A DNA stretch of 53,409 bases, from contig JAFMJP010000001.1 of assembly GCA_017853375.1 (NCBI GenBank), positions 1 through 53,409 of the forward strand, written 5' to 3'. Shown piece after piece: positions 35,649 through 46,420 of the stretch. The notes beneath the pieces are model-generated. The model was not told the DNA's origin. It was given only the letters and a program-made list of their open reading frames with translations, and ran no database searches. How positions within the stretch are numbered: the stretch's first letter is position 1; the number at the start of each line of letters is the position of its first letter. The position numbers and the translations under genes were made by a program. This DNA is from Actinomycetota bacterium (GTDB lineage: Bacteria > Actinomycetota > Acidimicrobiia > Acidimicrobiales > Ilumatobacteraceae).

Positions 35649-35733
35649 CCGACCTCCCTGTCTGACGCAAGCTTCTGGGTAGAGGTTACGAGAGTTTGTG
35701 CATGTGGATGCGCCACTAGCCTTGCTGGGCGTT

Positions 35734-35819
35734 GCCCGAGTGGCGAAATGGCAGACGCGACGGACTCAAAATCCGTTGCCTGAAAGGGTGTGTGGGTTCG
35801 ACTCCCACCTCGGGCACCA
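35734..35819 (+). tRNA. tRNA-Leu (anticodon CAA), class II with long variable arm, CCA encoded
   Basis: Acceptor GCCCGAG/CUCGGGC, anticodon stem ACGGA/UCCGU with loop CU-CAA-AA, variable arm UGCCUGAAAGGGUGU, T arm GUGGG-UUCGACU-CCCAC, discriminator A then CCA. Confidence 0.9.
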
Positions 35820-35832
35820 CAGCACTCGTAGA

Positions 35833-36150
35833 ATGAGCCGTCCCATGAGTCTGCAGTTACCGGCTGGTATCGAGCAGCGTTTGGTACGTCACCGTTTGGC
35901 GCGGTGCTCGGCCAGCATGCGGGAGTTGCAGGAAGAGTTGCGAGTCAGCCGTGAGCAGGCCGAAGTGTTGCGGGACGAAGCGGCCGATGATGAGTTGCGG
36001 GCAATCGTGTCGGAAACCCCCAGCGCCCTTGCCGACCACCGCGATTCTCGGCAGCACTATCTGGCGATTTCGCGACATCTCGAACACCTGGAGCATGCGA
36101 TCGCCGCTCTTGAACACGAACAAAACGAACTGCTCGATCGCCTCGCGTAA
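35833..36150 (+). CDS. Hypothetical small coiled-coil protein (105 aa)
   Basis: Internal ATG of ORF 35698..36150; the upstream part of that ORF overlaps the tRNA and is rejected. Heptad-like, charged sequence (...MRELQEELRVSREQAEVLRDEAADDELRAI...HLEHLEHAIAALEHEQNELLDRLA). I recognise no family, and the coding status is moderate. Confidence 0.45.
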   Translation: MSRPMSLQLPAGIEQRLVRHRLARCSASMRELQEELRVSREQAEVLRDEAADDELRAIVSETPSALADHRDSRQHYLAISRHLEHLEHAIAALEHEQNELLDRLA

Positions 36151-36187
36151 CCCGGTACTGCGTGAGTACGGCACTTCGTCGTAGAGT

Positions 36188-36772
36188 TTGTCCGTGACCA
36201 CCATCGTCATTGCCGAAGACGAGGCCATCATTCGCCTCGATCTCCGGGAGTTACTCGAAGAAGAGGGGTATGTGGTGGTGGGTGAGGCTGGAAGGGGCGA
36301 CCAAGCCGTCGATTTGGTGAGGCAACTCACACCCGACCTGGTGATCCTGGATGTGAAAATGCCCGGGATGGACGGCATCGAAGCCGCCCGTCGGATCACG
36401 GCAGAGGGAATCTGTGCGGTGTTGATGCTCACCGCATTCAGCCAACGCGAGATAGTTGAACAAGCGCGCGATGCGGGTGCTGTTGCCTATCTTGTGAAGC
36501 CCTTTCAAAAGACCGAACTGGTGCCGGCAATCGAACTCGCAACGGCGCGGTACGCAGAGACCAAGGCGCTCGTGTCCGAAGTGTCCGAGCTGACCGAGCG
36601 GTTGGAAGTTCGAAAACTGCTCGACCGCGCAAAGGGGCGCCTCATCGATGTGCACGGAATGAAGGAGGCCGACGCTTTCAGTTTCATTCAGAAGTCGGCG
36701 ATGACCAAACGCGCGACCATGCGTTCCGTGGCGGAAGCCGTGGTGAAGGGTGAGCTCGTTCCACCTGCATGA
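36188..36772 (+). CDS. pdtaR: ANTAR-domain response regulator (PdtaR-like)
   Basis: REC domain (IVIAEDE..., DLVILDVKMPGMDG, AYLVKPF) plus ANTAR (RKLLDRAKGRLIDVHGMKEADAFSFIQKSAMTKRATMRSVAEAVV). Located upstream of polA, as I recall for mycobacteria. TTG 36188 or GTG 36194 start. Confidence 0.9.
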   Translation: MSVTTIVIAEDEAIIRLDLRELLEEEGYVVVGEAGRGDQAVDLVRQLTPDLVILDVKMPGMDGIEAARRITAEGICAVLMLTAFSQREIVEQARDAGAVAYLVKPFQKTELVPAIELATARYAETKALVSEVSELTERLEVRKLLDRAKGRLIDVHGMKEADAFSFIQKSAMTKRATMRSVAEAVVKGELVPPA

Positions 36773-36788
36773 AGTGGGTCGCCATCGT

Positions 36789-39494
36789 ATGAAAGTCATG
36801 GCCCTCGACGGGAATTCGCTGGTGTACAGGGCGTTCTTTGCCCTACCCGACACCATGGCCACCGCGAGCGGTGAGGTGACGAACGCCGTGTTCGGATTTT
36901 GCTCGATGTTCGTGACGTTGGTGAAGGACCACACTCCCGATGCGATCGTCGTGGTGTTCGATCGTAAAGAGAAGACGTTCCGACACGAGGCTGCTCCCGA
37001 GTACAAGGCGCAGCGAGAAAAGCAACCGGACTCGCTGTATGCCCAACTCGAGTTGGTCAAGAGCGAGCTGTTGGCAGCTGCAGGTGTGACGACGCTCGAT
37101 TGCGCGGGTTTCGAGGGTGACGACATCATCGCGACGATCGCTCATGCCATGAACGCCGACGACGAGTTGCTCATCGTCACCGGTGATCGTGATTCGTATC
37201 AATTGGTTCGCGACCCACACGTTCGGGTGCTGTACAACAAGCGTGGAGTGTCGGATTATGCCCTCTATGACGAGGCCGGCATTCGGGAACGAACCGGCGT
37301 TTCGCCGACGCAATATGCGGATTATGCGGCGTTGCGCGGAGATCCCAGTGACAATCTCGAAGGCGTGCCGGGAGTGGGCGAGAAGACGGCTGCAAAATTG
37401 ATCAACCAGTACGGGAATCTCCACTCCGTGTTCGATCATGCCGACGAACAAACTCCGAAGTTGAAGGCAGCGTTGCATGGAGCGCGCGAGCGCGTATTGC
37501 GCAACGCAGAGCTGATGAGACTGCGCAACGACGTACCGATTGCTGCACGTGCCAGCGCATGGAAGCCGAAACCCGACTACGCGGCGCTGCAGAAGTTGTT
37601 CGCGAGGCTGGAGTTCTCCACGATGGCTTCCCGATGGAAGCCGTTCGTGGGACGTTTCGGCAGCACCGACGTGTCGAACGAGGAAGAAGATCGCGACAAC
37701 CTCGGGGTAACGGGCGATATCGACGTGTCGGTGACCGAGGCGACACTCGACCAAGCCCTCGACATGTTGCGGGCAAAGCACCCCATCGGTCTTGCGGTGG
37801 TGTGGGAGGGTGAACCAGGACGCAGCGTCATTCGGGCCGTCATCGTGTCCGATGGAACCTCGGGATCCGTTGCAGATCCGATCGTGTGCTGGTCGATTGG
37901 TGCCGCACTGCTCTCGGAGGACTCCGTCGTCGAGGCCTTGCGTGGATCCACGCATCTCGTCATGCACGACGCTCGCAACGCCATGCGTGGTTTGCTCGCC
38001 TTGGGTATCGACATCAGGAATCTGTCGTACGACACCGCCATCGCCGCCTATCTTGCCGACTCGGCAGCCGGCGCATACGACATCGGCGCCGTTGCGGAAC
38101 GTTGGCTACACCGGCGAATTGGCGGCGACGGAACCACGGCAACGGGACAGTTGGACTTCGATTCTCCCTTGCTTGATTCCGCGGAGCGGGCTGCAGCATG
38201 CGAGTCGGCCGTAGCCGTGCTCGTTCGGCCATTGCTCGAAGGTGAATTGCGGCGAGTGAAGCTGAATGAACTGTATTTCGGTACCGAGCTGCCATTGGTT
38301 CGCGTGTTGGCAAAGATGGAGCACGCCGGTATCGCGGTTGATCGTGGCGCGCTCGAAGCCCTGGAGGCTTCGCTCGGTTCGCGGAGTTCGGCGTTGGTGA
38401 AGGTACTGCACTCGTTGGCTGGCAGGGAATTCAACGTGAACTCCACGAAACAGCTGAAGGAAATCTTGTTCGAGGAACGTGGGCTCACCGGGGGACGCAA
38501 GACCAAGGCGACGAAGGGGTACAGCACCGATGCTGCGTCGCTCGAGAAGATTCGCGATGAGTGGCCCGAGTTCATCGATGCGCTGATGGAATATCGCGAG
38601 ATCGAGAAGTTGCGTGCGACCTATGCACTGGGCCTCTTGCACAGCATCGCGGTGGATGGCCGAATCCACGCCAGCTTCAATCAGACCGTTGCGCGTACGG
38701 GGAGACTCTCCAGCGACCAACCAAATCTCCACAACATTCCCATTCGCAACGAATCCGGCAAGGTGTTTCGTGAGGTGTTCGTGCCGGCGCCGAAGTGCGA
38801 ATTCATGGTCGCCGACTACAACCAGATCGAATTGCGTTGCATCGCACATCTCGCGCAGGATCCAGGTCTGTTGTCTGCATTCAATGCAGGGGTGGACATT
38901 CATCGCGCAACTGCAGCGCAGGTTTTCGGTGTAGCTCTCGAAGACGTGAGTGGTGAGCAACGCAGCAAAGCCAAGATGGTGTCCTATGGCCTGGCGTACG
39001 GCATGGAGGCCTATGGACTCGGCCAGCGATTGGGAATCGACGTAGGGGAAGCAAAGGTCATCCTCGACGCCTATTTCGCGGCCTTCCCGCGGGTAAAGCA
39101 GTACATGGACAATGCGGTGGCGATTGCATCGCGTGATGGATACACCACGACGCTGTTCGGTCGACGTCGTCAAATCGAGGGAATCCACAGCCCGATACGT
39201 CAGGTGCAGGCTGCTGCCGCGCGAATGGCAATGAATGCCGGCATCCAAGGTTTGGCCGCCGACATTTTCAAGATCGCCCTCGTCACCATCGATCAGAATC
39301 TGGAAGCCGAAGGCCTCGCCAGTCGACTCGTGTTGCAGGTTCACGACGAAGTGATCGTGGAGGTAGCGGAAGGGGAGCATGACCGCGTGGAAGCCCTCGT
39401 GTTGCGGGCCATGCAGAACGCCGCGCACCTCGACGTGCCCCTGGTGGTGAATGCTGCATGGGGTGCGAGTTGGGCGGCAGCGAAGGTAGCCTGA
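36789..39494 (+). CDS. polA: DNA polymerase I
   Basis: 5' nuclease (DGNSLVYRAFFALP, GDRDSYQL, GVPGVGEKTAAKL), a central exo-like domain, and the polymerase domain (RIHASFNQTVARTGRLSS, ADYNQIELR, QVHDE). ATG 36789 follows the pdtaR stop by 16 nt; the track start 36750 overlaps pdtaR. Confidence 0.95.
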   Translation: MKVMALDGNSLVYRAFFALPDTMATASGEVTNAVFGFCSMFVTLVKDHTPDAIVVVFDRKEKTFRHEAAPEYKAQREKQPDSLYAQLELVKSELLAAAGVTTLDCAGFEGDDIIATIAHAMNADDELLIVTGDRDSYQLVRDPHVRVLYNKRGVSDYALYDEAGIRERTGVSPTQYADYAALRGDPSDNLEGVPGVGEKTAAKLINQYGNLHSVFDHADEQTPKLKAALHGARERVLRNAELMRLRNDVPIAARASAWKPKPDYAALQKLFARLEFSTMASRWKPFVGRFGSTDVSNEEEDRDNLGVTGDIDVSVTEATLDQALDMLRAKHPIGLAVVWEGEPGRSVIRAVIVSDGTSGSVADPIVCWSIGAALLSEDSVVEALRGSTHLVMHDARNAMRGLLALGIDIRNLSYDTAIAAYLADSAAGAYDIGAVAERWLHRRIGGDGTTATGQLDFDSPLLDSAERAAACESAVAVLVRPLLEGELRRVKLNELYFGTELPLVRVLAKMEHAGIAVDRGALEALEASLGSRSSALVKVLHSLAGREFNVNSTKQLKEILFEERGLTGGRKTKATKGYSTDAASLEKIRDEWPEFIDALMEYREIEKLRATYALGLLHSIAVDGRIHASFNQTVARTGRLSSDQPNLHNIPIRNESGKVFREVFVPAPKCEFMVADYNQIELRCIAHLAQDPGLLSAFNAGVDIHRATAAQVFGVALEDVSGEQRSKAKMVSYGLAYGMEAYGLGQRLGIDVGEAKVILDAYFAAFPRVKQYMDNAVAIASRDGYTTTLFGRRRQIEGIHSPIRQVQAAAARMAMNAGIQGLAADIFKIALVTIDQNLEAEGLASRLVLQVHDEVIVEVAEGEHDRVEALVLRAMQNAAHLDVPLVVNAAWGASWAAAKVA

Positions 39495-39516
39495 CCTATC
39501 CGCCGCAAGGCGGGAA

Positions 39517-40821
39517 ATGTCCTACTCCTTCTCTTCCATCCACCGAAAGCAACCAGTGACCGATACAACTCTCAGCCCAGCCGCCATGGGCACATTCGAC
39601 CAGAGCGGAAATTACATTCCTCGCAAGATCACCGAGCGAGATGCGTCATTCGCAGACGAGATCAACAACACGTTCGTTGAAATCAAGGAAGGCAAACTCG
39701 TTGCCGGGACCGTGGTGCGAATCACCCGGGAAGAAGTGCTTCTCGAAATCGGTTACAAGACCGAGGGCGTCATCCTTGCTCGCGAGTTGGCAATTCGTCA
39801 GGACATCGATCCGAACACCGTGGTGAAGCTCGGAGAGAAGATTGAAGCCCTCGTCCTCACTTTGGAGGACAAGGAAGGACGCCTCTTGCTCTCCAAGAAG
39901 CGCGCACAGTACGAACGCGCATGGGGCGACGTCGAGCGAATCAAGAACGAAGACGGCACCGTCGAGGGTCACGTCATCGAGGAGGTCAAGGGTGGCCTCA
40001 TCGTGGACATCGGTCTTCGTGGTTTCTTGCCGGCATCGTTGGTGGAGTTGCGTCGCGTGAAGGACCTCGCGCCGTACGTCGGACAGAAGATCCAGGCGAA
40101 GATTCTCGAGCTCGATCGTCAACGCAACAACGTGGTGTTGTCGCGTCGCGCAGTGCTCGAGGCCACACAGCGTGAGAGTCGCGACGGTTTCTTGGTCAAC
40201 CTCAAGGTTGGCGAGACCCGCAAGGGACGAGTTTCGTCGATCGTCGCCTTCGGCGTGTTCGTCGATCTTGGTGGCATGGACGGTCTCATCCACGTTTCGG
40301 AACTCTCGTGGAAGCACGTCGACAACCCGAACGACATCGTCAAGATCGGTGACGAGGTGGAAGTCAAGGTTCTCGAGATCGACGGTGACCGTGAACGCAT
40401 CAGCCTGTCGCTCAAGGCAACCCAACAGGACCCTTGGCAAGCATTCGCACAGGGTCATGCAGTCAATCAGCTGGTGTACGGCCGTGTCACCAAGATCGTT
40501 CCGTTCGGAGCATTCGTGCAGGTTGGCGATGGCATCGAGGGATTGGTGCACATCTCCGAGATGTCGTCGCACCATGTCGAAGCTCCCGAGCAGGTGGTCA
40601 CGCCGGGCGAGGAGCTGTGGGTCAAGATCATCGATCTCGATTTGGCTCGACGTCGTATCAGCTTGAGCATCAAACAAGCTGCCGAAGGCGGCGAATTGGC
40701 TCCCGAATATCGGGACCAGTTCAAGGCCGATGAACAGGGCAATTGGGTCGGTACCGATGATGCAACGCGCGAGGCAGCGTGGGGCGACATGTTCCAGGCC
40801 GAAGGTCAACCAAACACCTGA
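39517..40821 (+). CDS. rpsA: 30S ribosomal protein S1
   Basis: Four S1 repeats (GTVVRITREEVLLEIGYK..., VEGHVIEEVKGGLIVDIG, RKGRVSSIVAFGVFVDLG, VYGRVTKIVPFGAFVQVG). The start could also be ATG 39586. Confidence 0.95.
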   Translation: MSYSFSSIHRKQPVTDTTLSPAAMGTFDQSGNYIPRKITERDASFADEINNTFVEIKEGKLVAGTVVRITREEVLLEIGYKTEGVILARELAIRQDIDPNTVVKLGEKIEALVLTLEDKEGRLLLSKKRAQYERAWGDVERIKNEDGTVEGHVIEEVKGGLIVDIGLRGFLPASLVELRRVKDLAPYVGQKIQAKILELDRQRNNVVLSRRAVLEATQRESRDGFLVNLKVGETRKGRVSSIVAFGVFVDLGGMDGLIHVSELSWKHVDNPNDIVKIGDEVEVKVLEIDGDRERISLSLKATQQDPWQAFAQGHAVNQLVYGRVTKIVPFGAFVQVGDGIEGLVHISEMSSHHVEAPEQVVTPGEELWVKIIDLDLARRRISLSIKQAAEGGELAPEYRDQFKADEQGNWVGTDDATREAAWGDMFQAEGQPNT

Positions 40822-40844
40822 GTGGCGGTTGGTGAGGTGGCGGG

Positions 40845-41483
40845 ATGATCCTCGTCGGACTCACGGGCGGAATCGGGTCGGGTAAATCGGTCGTCTCGTC
40901 GCAGCTTGCGTCACATGGTGCGGTGATCGTCGACGCCGACGTAATCGTGCGAGAACTCCAGTTGCCGGGTCAACGAGTGTTCGACGACATCGTCGCGCGA
41001 TTCGGTGAATCAGTGCTGTCGTCGAGTGGTCATCTGGATCGTGCCGCGTTGGCATCGTTGGTGTTCGGAGACACCGAAGCTCTCGGTGACCTCAATCGAA
41101 TCGTGCATCCCGCCGTCGGACGGGAGATGATGCGTCGAATCGATGACCAGCGTGCCACCAAGAATGTCGTGGTTCTCGACGTTCCACTTCTCGTTGAGAA
41201 TCCACGCACGGGTTTGTCGGGAACCCTGGTGGTGGATCTCGACCCTGAAATCGCAGTGGAACGGTTGGTGGCCCAGCGTGGGTTCACGGAGACGGAAGCC
41301 CGCGCAAGGATCTCGCGTCAGGCATCCCGTACCGCGAGGCGTGCGGTGGCCGACTGGATCATCGACAACTCCGGTTCCAGATTGGACTTGGCACGCCAAG
41401 TGGGACTCGCGTGGCGATGGATGTGCTCCTTGCCACCAGCGGATGCCGACGCGGGTCGGGTAGTGGGGGCTTCGGACTCGTAG
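40845..41483 (+). CDS. coaE: Dephospho-CoA kinase
   Basis: MILVGLTGGIGSGKS P-loop, VIVDADV, VLDVPLL. No fused C-terminal extra domain. Confidence 0.9.
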   Translation: MILVGLTGGIGSGKSVVSSQLASHGAVIVDADVIVRELQLPGQRVFDDIVARFGESVLSSSGHLDRAALASLVFGDTEALGDLNRIVHPAVGREMMRRIDDQRATKNVVVLDVPLLVENPRTGLSGTLVVDLDPEIAVERLVAQRGFTETEARARISRQASRTARRAVADWIIDNSGSRLDLARQVGLAWRWMCSLPPADADAGRVVGASDS

Positions 41484-41492
41484 GCTCGCCGC

Positions 41493-43538
41493 GTGGTGGA
41501 TACACGTGCCAAGCACGAGTTCAGGGTGGTATCGGAGTACCAGCCCGCAGGTGATCAGCCCCAGGCCATCGCGAAACTTGCGGAGGGCATCGAACGCGGT
41601 GATCGTTTTCAAACGTTGCTCGGCATTACTGGATCCGGGAAGTCGGCCACCATCGCGTGGACCATCGAACGCGTTCAACGTCCAACCTTGATTCTCGCCC
41701 CGAACAAGAGCCTTGCTGCACAGCTGGCACAAGAGATGCGGGAGTTCTTCCCGAACAATCGAGTGGAGTACTTCGTCAGCTACTACGACTATTACCAGCC
41801 CGAGGCCTACATTCCGTCGAGCGATACCTTCATCGAGAAGGACTCGTCCATCAACGACGAGATCGACCGGTTGCGCCATTCGGCGACCGCTGCGTTGCTC
41901 ACCCGGCGTGATGTCATCGTGGTGGCGTCGGTGAGCTGCATCTACGGCATGGGCGACCCCGACGAATACAAGGGACACCTGCTCGAACTGCACCAAGGAG
42001 TGGATTACGACCAGCAAAGCATCCTCCGTCGGTTGGTGGATCTGCAATACGAGCGAAACGACACGGCCTTGGGGAGGGGGAATTTTCGCGTTCGTGGCGA
42101 CACGATCGAGCTCCACCCTGCTTACGACGAGAGCGTGACGAGAATCGAGATGTTTGGTGACACCGTGGATCGAATCAGCGTCGTGGATCCCGTGACGGGC
42201 GAGACGCTTGCGACACCGAGCGAGATCGTGGTGTTTCCGGCCACCCACTACGTGGCCGGCGAGGATCGGATGCGCAAGGCGATCGAGAAGATCGAAGAGG
42301 AGCTCGCAGATCGATTGGCGTGGTTCAATTCGAACGGAAAATTGCTGGAAGCCCAACGACTGGGAATGCGAACCCGCTACGACATCGAGATGATGCAGGA
42401 GATGGGATATTGCAACGGAATCGAGAATTACTCGATGCACATCGATGGCCGGTCTCCCGGTGATCCACCGTTTACATTGCTCGATTATTTCCCGGATGAT
42501 TTCTTGTTGGTAGTCGACGAGAGTCACGTGGCCGTGCCCCAGTTGTACGGTCAATTCGCCGGGGATCGCGCCCGCAAAAACACGCTCGTGGAGCACGGGT
42601 TCCGCTTGCCGAGCGCATGCGAGAACCGCCCTTTGCGTTTCGAAGAGGCGTTGGAGCGCGTCAATCAGTGCATCTTCATGTCGGCAACACCGGCGAAATT
42701 CGAGAAGGCGAACTCCGTCCAGATCGTCGAGCAGGTAGTGCGACCGACGGGTCTCATCGATCCGGAGGTGATCGTGAAGCCAACCAAGGGTCAGATCGAC
42801 GACATCATCGTGAACGTACAGCTACGGGTCGAGAAGGGTGATCGCGTCCTCATCACCACATTGACCAAGAAGATGGCTGAAGACCTCACCGAATACTTGT
42901 TGGAGCAGGGTTTGAGGGTGCGATATCTGCACTCCAATATCGACACCATCGAACGAATCGAGATTCTCCGAGCGCTTCGGTTGGGGGAATTCGATGTTTT
43001 GGTCGGAATCAACCTTCTGCGGGAGGGTTTGGATCTTCCCGAGGTGTCCCTGGTGGCGATTTTGGATGCCGACAAGGAAGGGTTTTTGCGAAGTGAAACA
43101 TCGCTCATTCAAACCATTGGTCGGGCGGCCCGCAACGTCGATGGCCAAGTCATCATGTATGCGGACAACCGGACCGAGGCGATGGAATCAGCCATCTCCC
43201 TCACCAACGCCCGACGAGAGAAACAACGGGCCTACAACTTGGAACACGGCATCGAGCCCAAGACCATCCGCAAGGCCGTTGGCGACATACTTTCCATCCT
43301 GCGTCCCGACGAGACGGCGCCATACCCCGGAAAAGGCCGTCGGGCTTCGCGCGAGCGCGACAAGGTGATCCGGGATTTGCAGGCCTTGGGAGCGAGCGAA
43401 ATGGAGCGACTGATTCAAACCCTCGAAGAAGAAATGCACCAGGCCGCCGCAGACCTGCATTTCGAGCAAGCTGCACGTTTGCGCGATGAAGTTCGGGAAT
43501 TGCGACGCGAACTCCGTGATGTCGGACCCAAGAAATAG
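41493..43538 (+). CDS. uvrB: Excinuclease ABC subunit B
   Basis: [25 protein letters not shown]-terminal UVR domain ([17 protein letters not shown]). Confidence 0.97.
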   Translation: MVDTRAKHEFRVVSEYQPAGDQPQAIAKLAEGIERGDRFQTLLGITGSGKSATIAWTIERVQRPTLILAPNKSLAAQLAQEMREFFPNNRVEYFVSYYDYYQPEAYIPSSDTFIEKDSSINDEIDRLRHSATAALLTRRDVIVVASVSCIYGMGDPDEYKGHLLELHQGVDYDQQSILRRLVDLQYERNDTALGRGNFRVRGDTIELHPAYDESVTRIEMFGDTVDRISVVDPVTGETLATPSEIVVFPATHYVAGEDRMRKAIEKIEEELADRLAWFNSNGKLLEAQRLGMRTRYDIEMMQEMGYCNGIENYSMHIDGRSPGDPPFTLLDYFPDDFLLVVDESHVAVPQLYGQFAGDRARKNTLVEHGFRLPSACENRPLRFEEALERVNQCIFMSATPAKFEKANSVQIVEQVVRPTGLIDPEVIVKPTKGQIDDIIVNVQLRVEKGDRVLITTLTKKMAEDLTEYLLEQGLRVRYLHSNIDTIERIEILRALRLGEFDVLVGINLLREGLDLPEVSLVAILDADKEGFLRSETSLIQTIGRAARNVDGQVIMYADNRTEAMESAISLTNARREKQRAYNLEHGIEPKTIRKAVGDILSILRPDETAPYPGKGRRASRERDKVIRDLQALGASEMERLIQTLEEEMHQAAADLHFEQAARLRDEVRELRRELRDVGPKK

Positions 43539-43547
43539 TCTGTCGCT

Positions 43548-46391
43548 GTGACCGATCAGATCGTCATTCGAGGTGCTCGCGAGCACAACCTGAAGAACAT
43601 CAACGTGGAGCTTCCGCGCGATCGTCTCATCGTCTTGACCGGTCTCTCGGGGAGCGGAAAGAGCAGCCTGGCATTCGACACCATCTATGCGGAAGGCCAA
43701 CGACGGTATGTGGAGAGTTTGAGCGCCTATGCCCGTCAATTCCTCGGACAAATGGACAAGCCGGATGTCGATGTCATCGAGGGGTTGTCACCGGCGATTT
43801 CCATCGACCAAAAATCAGCCTCCCGTAACCCACGATCCACCGTCGGCACCATTACGGAGGTGTACGACTATCTGCGTCTTCTGTACGCGAGAATCGGCAT
43901 CCAGCACTGCGTCAATGACGGGGCACGTCTCACGAAGCAAACTCCCGAGCAAATCGTCGACCAAGTCATGGAACTGAAGGATGGCACGAGATTCCAGGTG
44001 TTGGCGCCGGTAGTGCGGGGGCGTAAAGGCGAATACGAGTCGCTGCTGACCGACTTCTTGAGTCAGGGATTTACGCGTGCGCGAGTCGACGGTCGTGTCG
44101 TCGACATCGCAGACTTCCAGAAGTCGGGCACGAAGCTGGCCCGCTATGAGCAGCACACCATCGACGTAGTGGTCGATCGCTTGGTGCGCAAGGCAGGAAT
44201 CAATCGTCGTCTCACCGACAGCATGGAAACGGCACTGCGATTGGCAAACGGTGTTGCAACAGTCGAGGTAATGGGCAAGGGTGACGAGGTGGGCGAGGTG
44301 CTCAACTTCAGTCAGCAATTGGTGTGTCCCAAGTGCAGCACCTCGTACGACGAACTCGCACCACGAAATTTTTCCTTCAATACCCCGTACGGAGCTTGCG
44401 AGAAGTGTTTGGGGTTGGGAACCACGTACGAAGTCGATGCCGAATTGGTGGTGCCGGATGCGGATTTGAGCATCTCGGAGGGGGCGATTGCTCCTTGGCG
44501 GAGTGCCCACACCATGTACTTCACCAGGATGCTCGAGTCCGTTGCCAAGGACGAAGGGATCGACATCAAGCGACCGTGGCACAAGTTGACTGCCAAGCAA
44601 CACAAGGTCATCATGCACGGTTTGGGCGACAACGTGTTGGTGAAGTACCGGAACCGTTACGGCAAGGTGCGGGAGTACAGCACCACGTTCGAGGGTGTGA
44701 TTCCATGGTTGAAGCGACGTCACGAGACTGCCGAGAGCGACCACCAGCGGGAGCAGTACGAGAGTTACATGCGCGAGAAGCCCTGCTCTGCATGCAAAGG
44801 TGCACGTTTGAAGCCGGAATCCCTTGCAGTGAAGGTGAATGACGAGACCATCTCTGGTGTGTGCGACATGTCGATTCGGGAGTCAGCAAAGTTTCTGGCT
44901 GGTTTGAAGCTCAACAAACGCGAGAAAATCATCGCAGAGCGAATCACAAAGGAAATCAATGCGCGCCTCGGCTTCTTGTTGGACGTGGGTTTGGACTATC
45001 TGACGCTCAGTCGTTCTGCCAGCACGCTGGCCGGTGGAGAGGCCCAGCGGATTCGGCTTGCAAGTCAAATTGGATCGGGGTTGGTCGGCACGCTGTATGT
45101 ATTGGATGAACCTTCGATTGGTTTGCATCAACGAGACAATCATCGATTGATCGACACGTTGCATCGTTTGCGCGATCTCGGCAACACGGTGTTGGTGGTG
45201 GAACACGACGAAGAGACCATTCGGGCCAGCGACTGGATCGTCGACATAGGTCCTGGCGCAGGTGAGCACGGCGGATCGGTCGTGTACAGCGGGGTAGTGA
45301 AAGGGATCGAGAAGGTTGCGGATTCGATGACGGGTCAGTACCTGTCCGGAAAACGCTCCATCGAGGTGCCTCAGAAGCGTCGTGTGATCGGATCGGAGGC
45401 GCTCATCGTCCGGGGAGCCCGCGAACACAATCTGAAACAACTGGATGTTCGCATTCCCTTGGGCTGTTTCGTCGCCGTTACCGGCGTATCCGGCAGTGGA
45501 AAGAGCACTCTCGTTCGTGACATCCTGCTTCCGGCGTTGATGCAAAAGATCTACAAGACGAAGGAGTCGCCCGGTCGGCACAAGAGCGTGGCCGGAATCG
45601 AGCTTCTCGACAAAGTGATCGACATGGATCAATCGCCCATTGGTCGGACGCCGCGATCGAACCCTGCAACCTACACCGGTGTGTTCGACGACATTCGCAA
45701 GCTGTTCGCGAATACGCCCGACGCGAAGGTGCGCGGCTACCAGCCCGGTCGATTTTCGTTCAACGTGCCCGGTGGTCGATGCGAAGCGTGTTCGGGGGAC
45801 GGAACGATTCGTATCGAGATGCAGTTCCTTCCCGATGTGTACGTGCCGTGTGAGGTATGCAAAGGTGCGCGCTACAACCGTGACACATTGGAGATTCGTT
45901 TCAAATCCAAGAACATCGCCGAAGTCCTCGATATGCCGATCAGCGAGGCGGTGACGTTCTTTTCCAACCAGCCCCGTATAGCTCGGCATCTGCAGACGCT
46001 GATGGATGTGGGTCTGGGGTACGTACGTCTCGGACAGTCGGCACCGACATTGTCGGGAGGCGAGGCACAACGAGTCAAGCTGGCCAGTGAACTGGCTCGT
46101 CGCAGTACCGGACACACCATTTATCTCCTCGATGAACCAACGACGGGGTTGCACTTCGAGGATGTGCGTCGTCTCCTCGTCGTGCTCGCCCGATTGGTCG
46201 ACCAGGGCAACACCGTGCTGGTGATCGAACACAATCTGGATGTGATCAAAACCGCGGATTGGATCATCGATTTGGGTCCGGAAGGCGGGGACGGGGGTGG
46301 CAACATCGTCGCCGAGGGAACCCCGGAACAGGTTGCGAAGGTGAAAGGGAGTCACACGGCCCGATTCCTGGCCGACGTCTTGCGCGGCTGA
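43548..46391 (+). CDS. uvrA: Excinuclease ABC subunit A
   Basis: [33 protein letters not shown], zinc modules (CPKC...CEKC; CEAC...CEVC), a second ABC cassette ([18 protein letters not shown] twice). Confidence 0.97.
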   Translation: MTDQIVIRGAREHNLKNINVELPRDRLIVLTGLSGSGKSSLAFDTIYAEGQRRYVESLSAYARQFLGQMDKPDVDVIEGLSPAISIDQKSASRNPRSTVGTITEVYDYLRLLYARIGIQHCVNDGARLTKQTPEQIVDQVMELKDGTRFQVLAPVVRGRKGEYESLLTDFLSQGFTRARVDGRVVDIADFQKSGTKLARYEQHTIDVVVDRLVRKAGINRRLTDSMETALRLANGVATVEVMGKGDEVGEVLNFSQQLVCPKCSTSYDELAPRNFSFNTPYGACEKCLGLGTTYEVDAELVVPDADLSISEGAIAPWRSAHTMYFTRMLESVAKDEGIDIKRPWHKLTAKQHKVIMHGLGDNVLVKYRNRYGKVREYSTTFEGVIPWLKRRHETAESDHQREQYESYMREKPCSACKGARLKPESLAVKVNDETISGVCDMSIRESAKFLAGLKLNKREKIIAERITKEINARLGFLLDVGLDYLTLSRSASTLAGGEAQRIRLASQIGSGLVGTLYVLDEPSIGLHQRDNHRLIDTLHRLRDLGNTVLVVEHDEETIRASDWIVDIGPGAGEHGGSVVYSGVVKGIEKVADSMTGQYLSGKRSIEVPQKRRVIGSEALIVRGAREHNLKQLDVRIPLGCFVAVTGVSGSGKSTLVRDILLPALMQKIYKTKESPGRHKSVAGIELLDKVIDMDQSPIGRTPRSNPATYTGVFDDIRKLFANTPDAKVRGYQPGRFSFNVPGGRCEACSGDGTIRIEMQFLPDVYVPCEVCKGARYNRDTLEIRFKSKNIAEVLDMPISEAVTFFSNQPRIARHLQTLMDVGLGYVRLGQSAPTLSGGEAQRVKLASELARRSTGHTIYLLDEPTTGLHFEDVRRLLVVLARLVDQGNTVLVIEHNLDVIKTADWIIDLGPEGGDGGGNIVAEGTPEQVAKVKGSHTARFLADVLRG

Positions 46392-46420
46392 GCAATGTCC
46401 GAATGGTACGTGGATAGACG

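Noticed and set aside
35698-35832. Upstream part of ORF 35698..36150, read through the tRNA-Leu gene
   Set aside because: The cloverleaf tRNA (35734..35819) explains this sequence. A protein start inside or upstream of a tRNA gene is implausible, so only the internal ATG at 35833 is kept.
35649-35860. tRNA-Leu as an integration hotspot or genomic island border
   Set aside because: No integrase, no duplicated tRNA 3' fragment that I could spot, and both flanks are core genes (fab operon, pdtaR-polA).
39500-39513. CCGCC-gcaa-GGCGG hairpin between polA and rpsA as a terminator
   Set aside because: It has only a 5-bp stem and no U-tract, and it ends 3 nt before the rpsA ATG. It may instead be part of the rpsA translation-initiation region. 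It is too weak to call.
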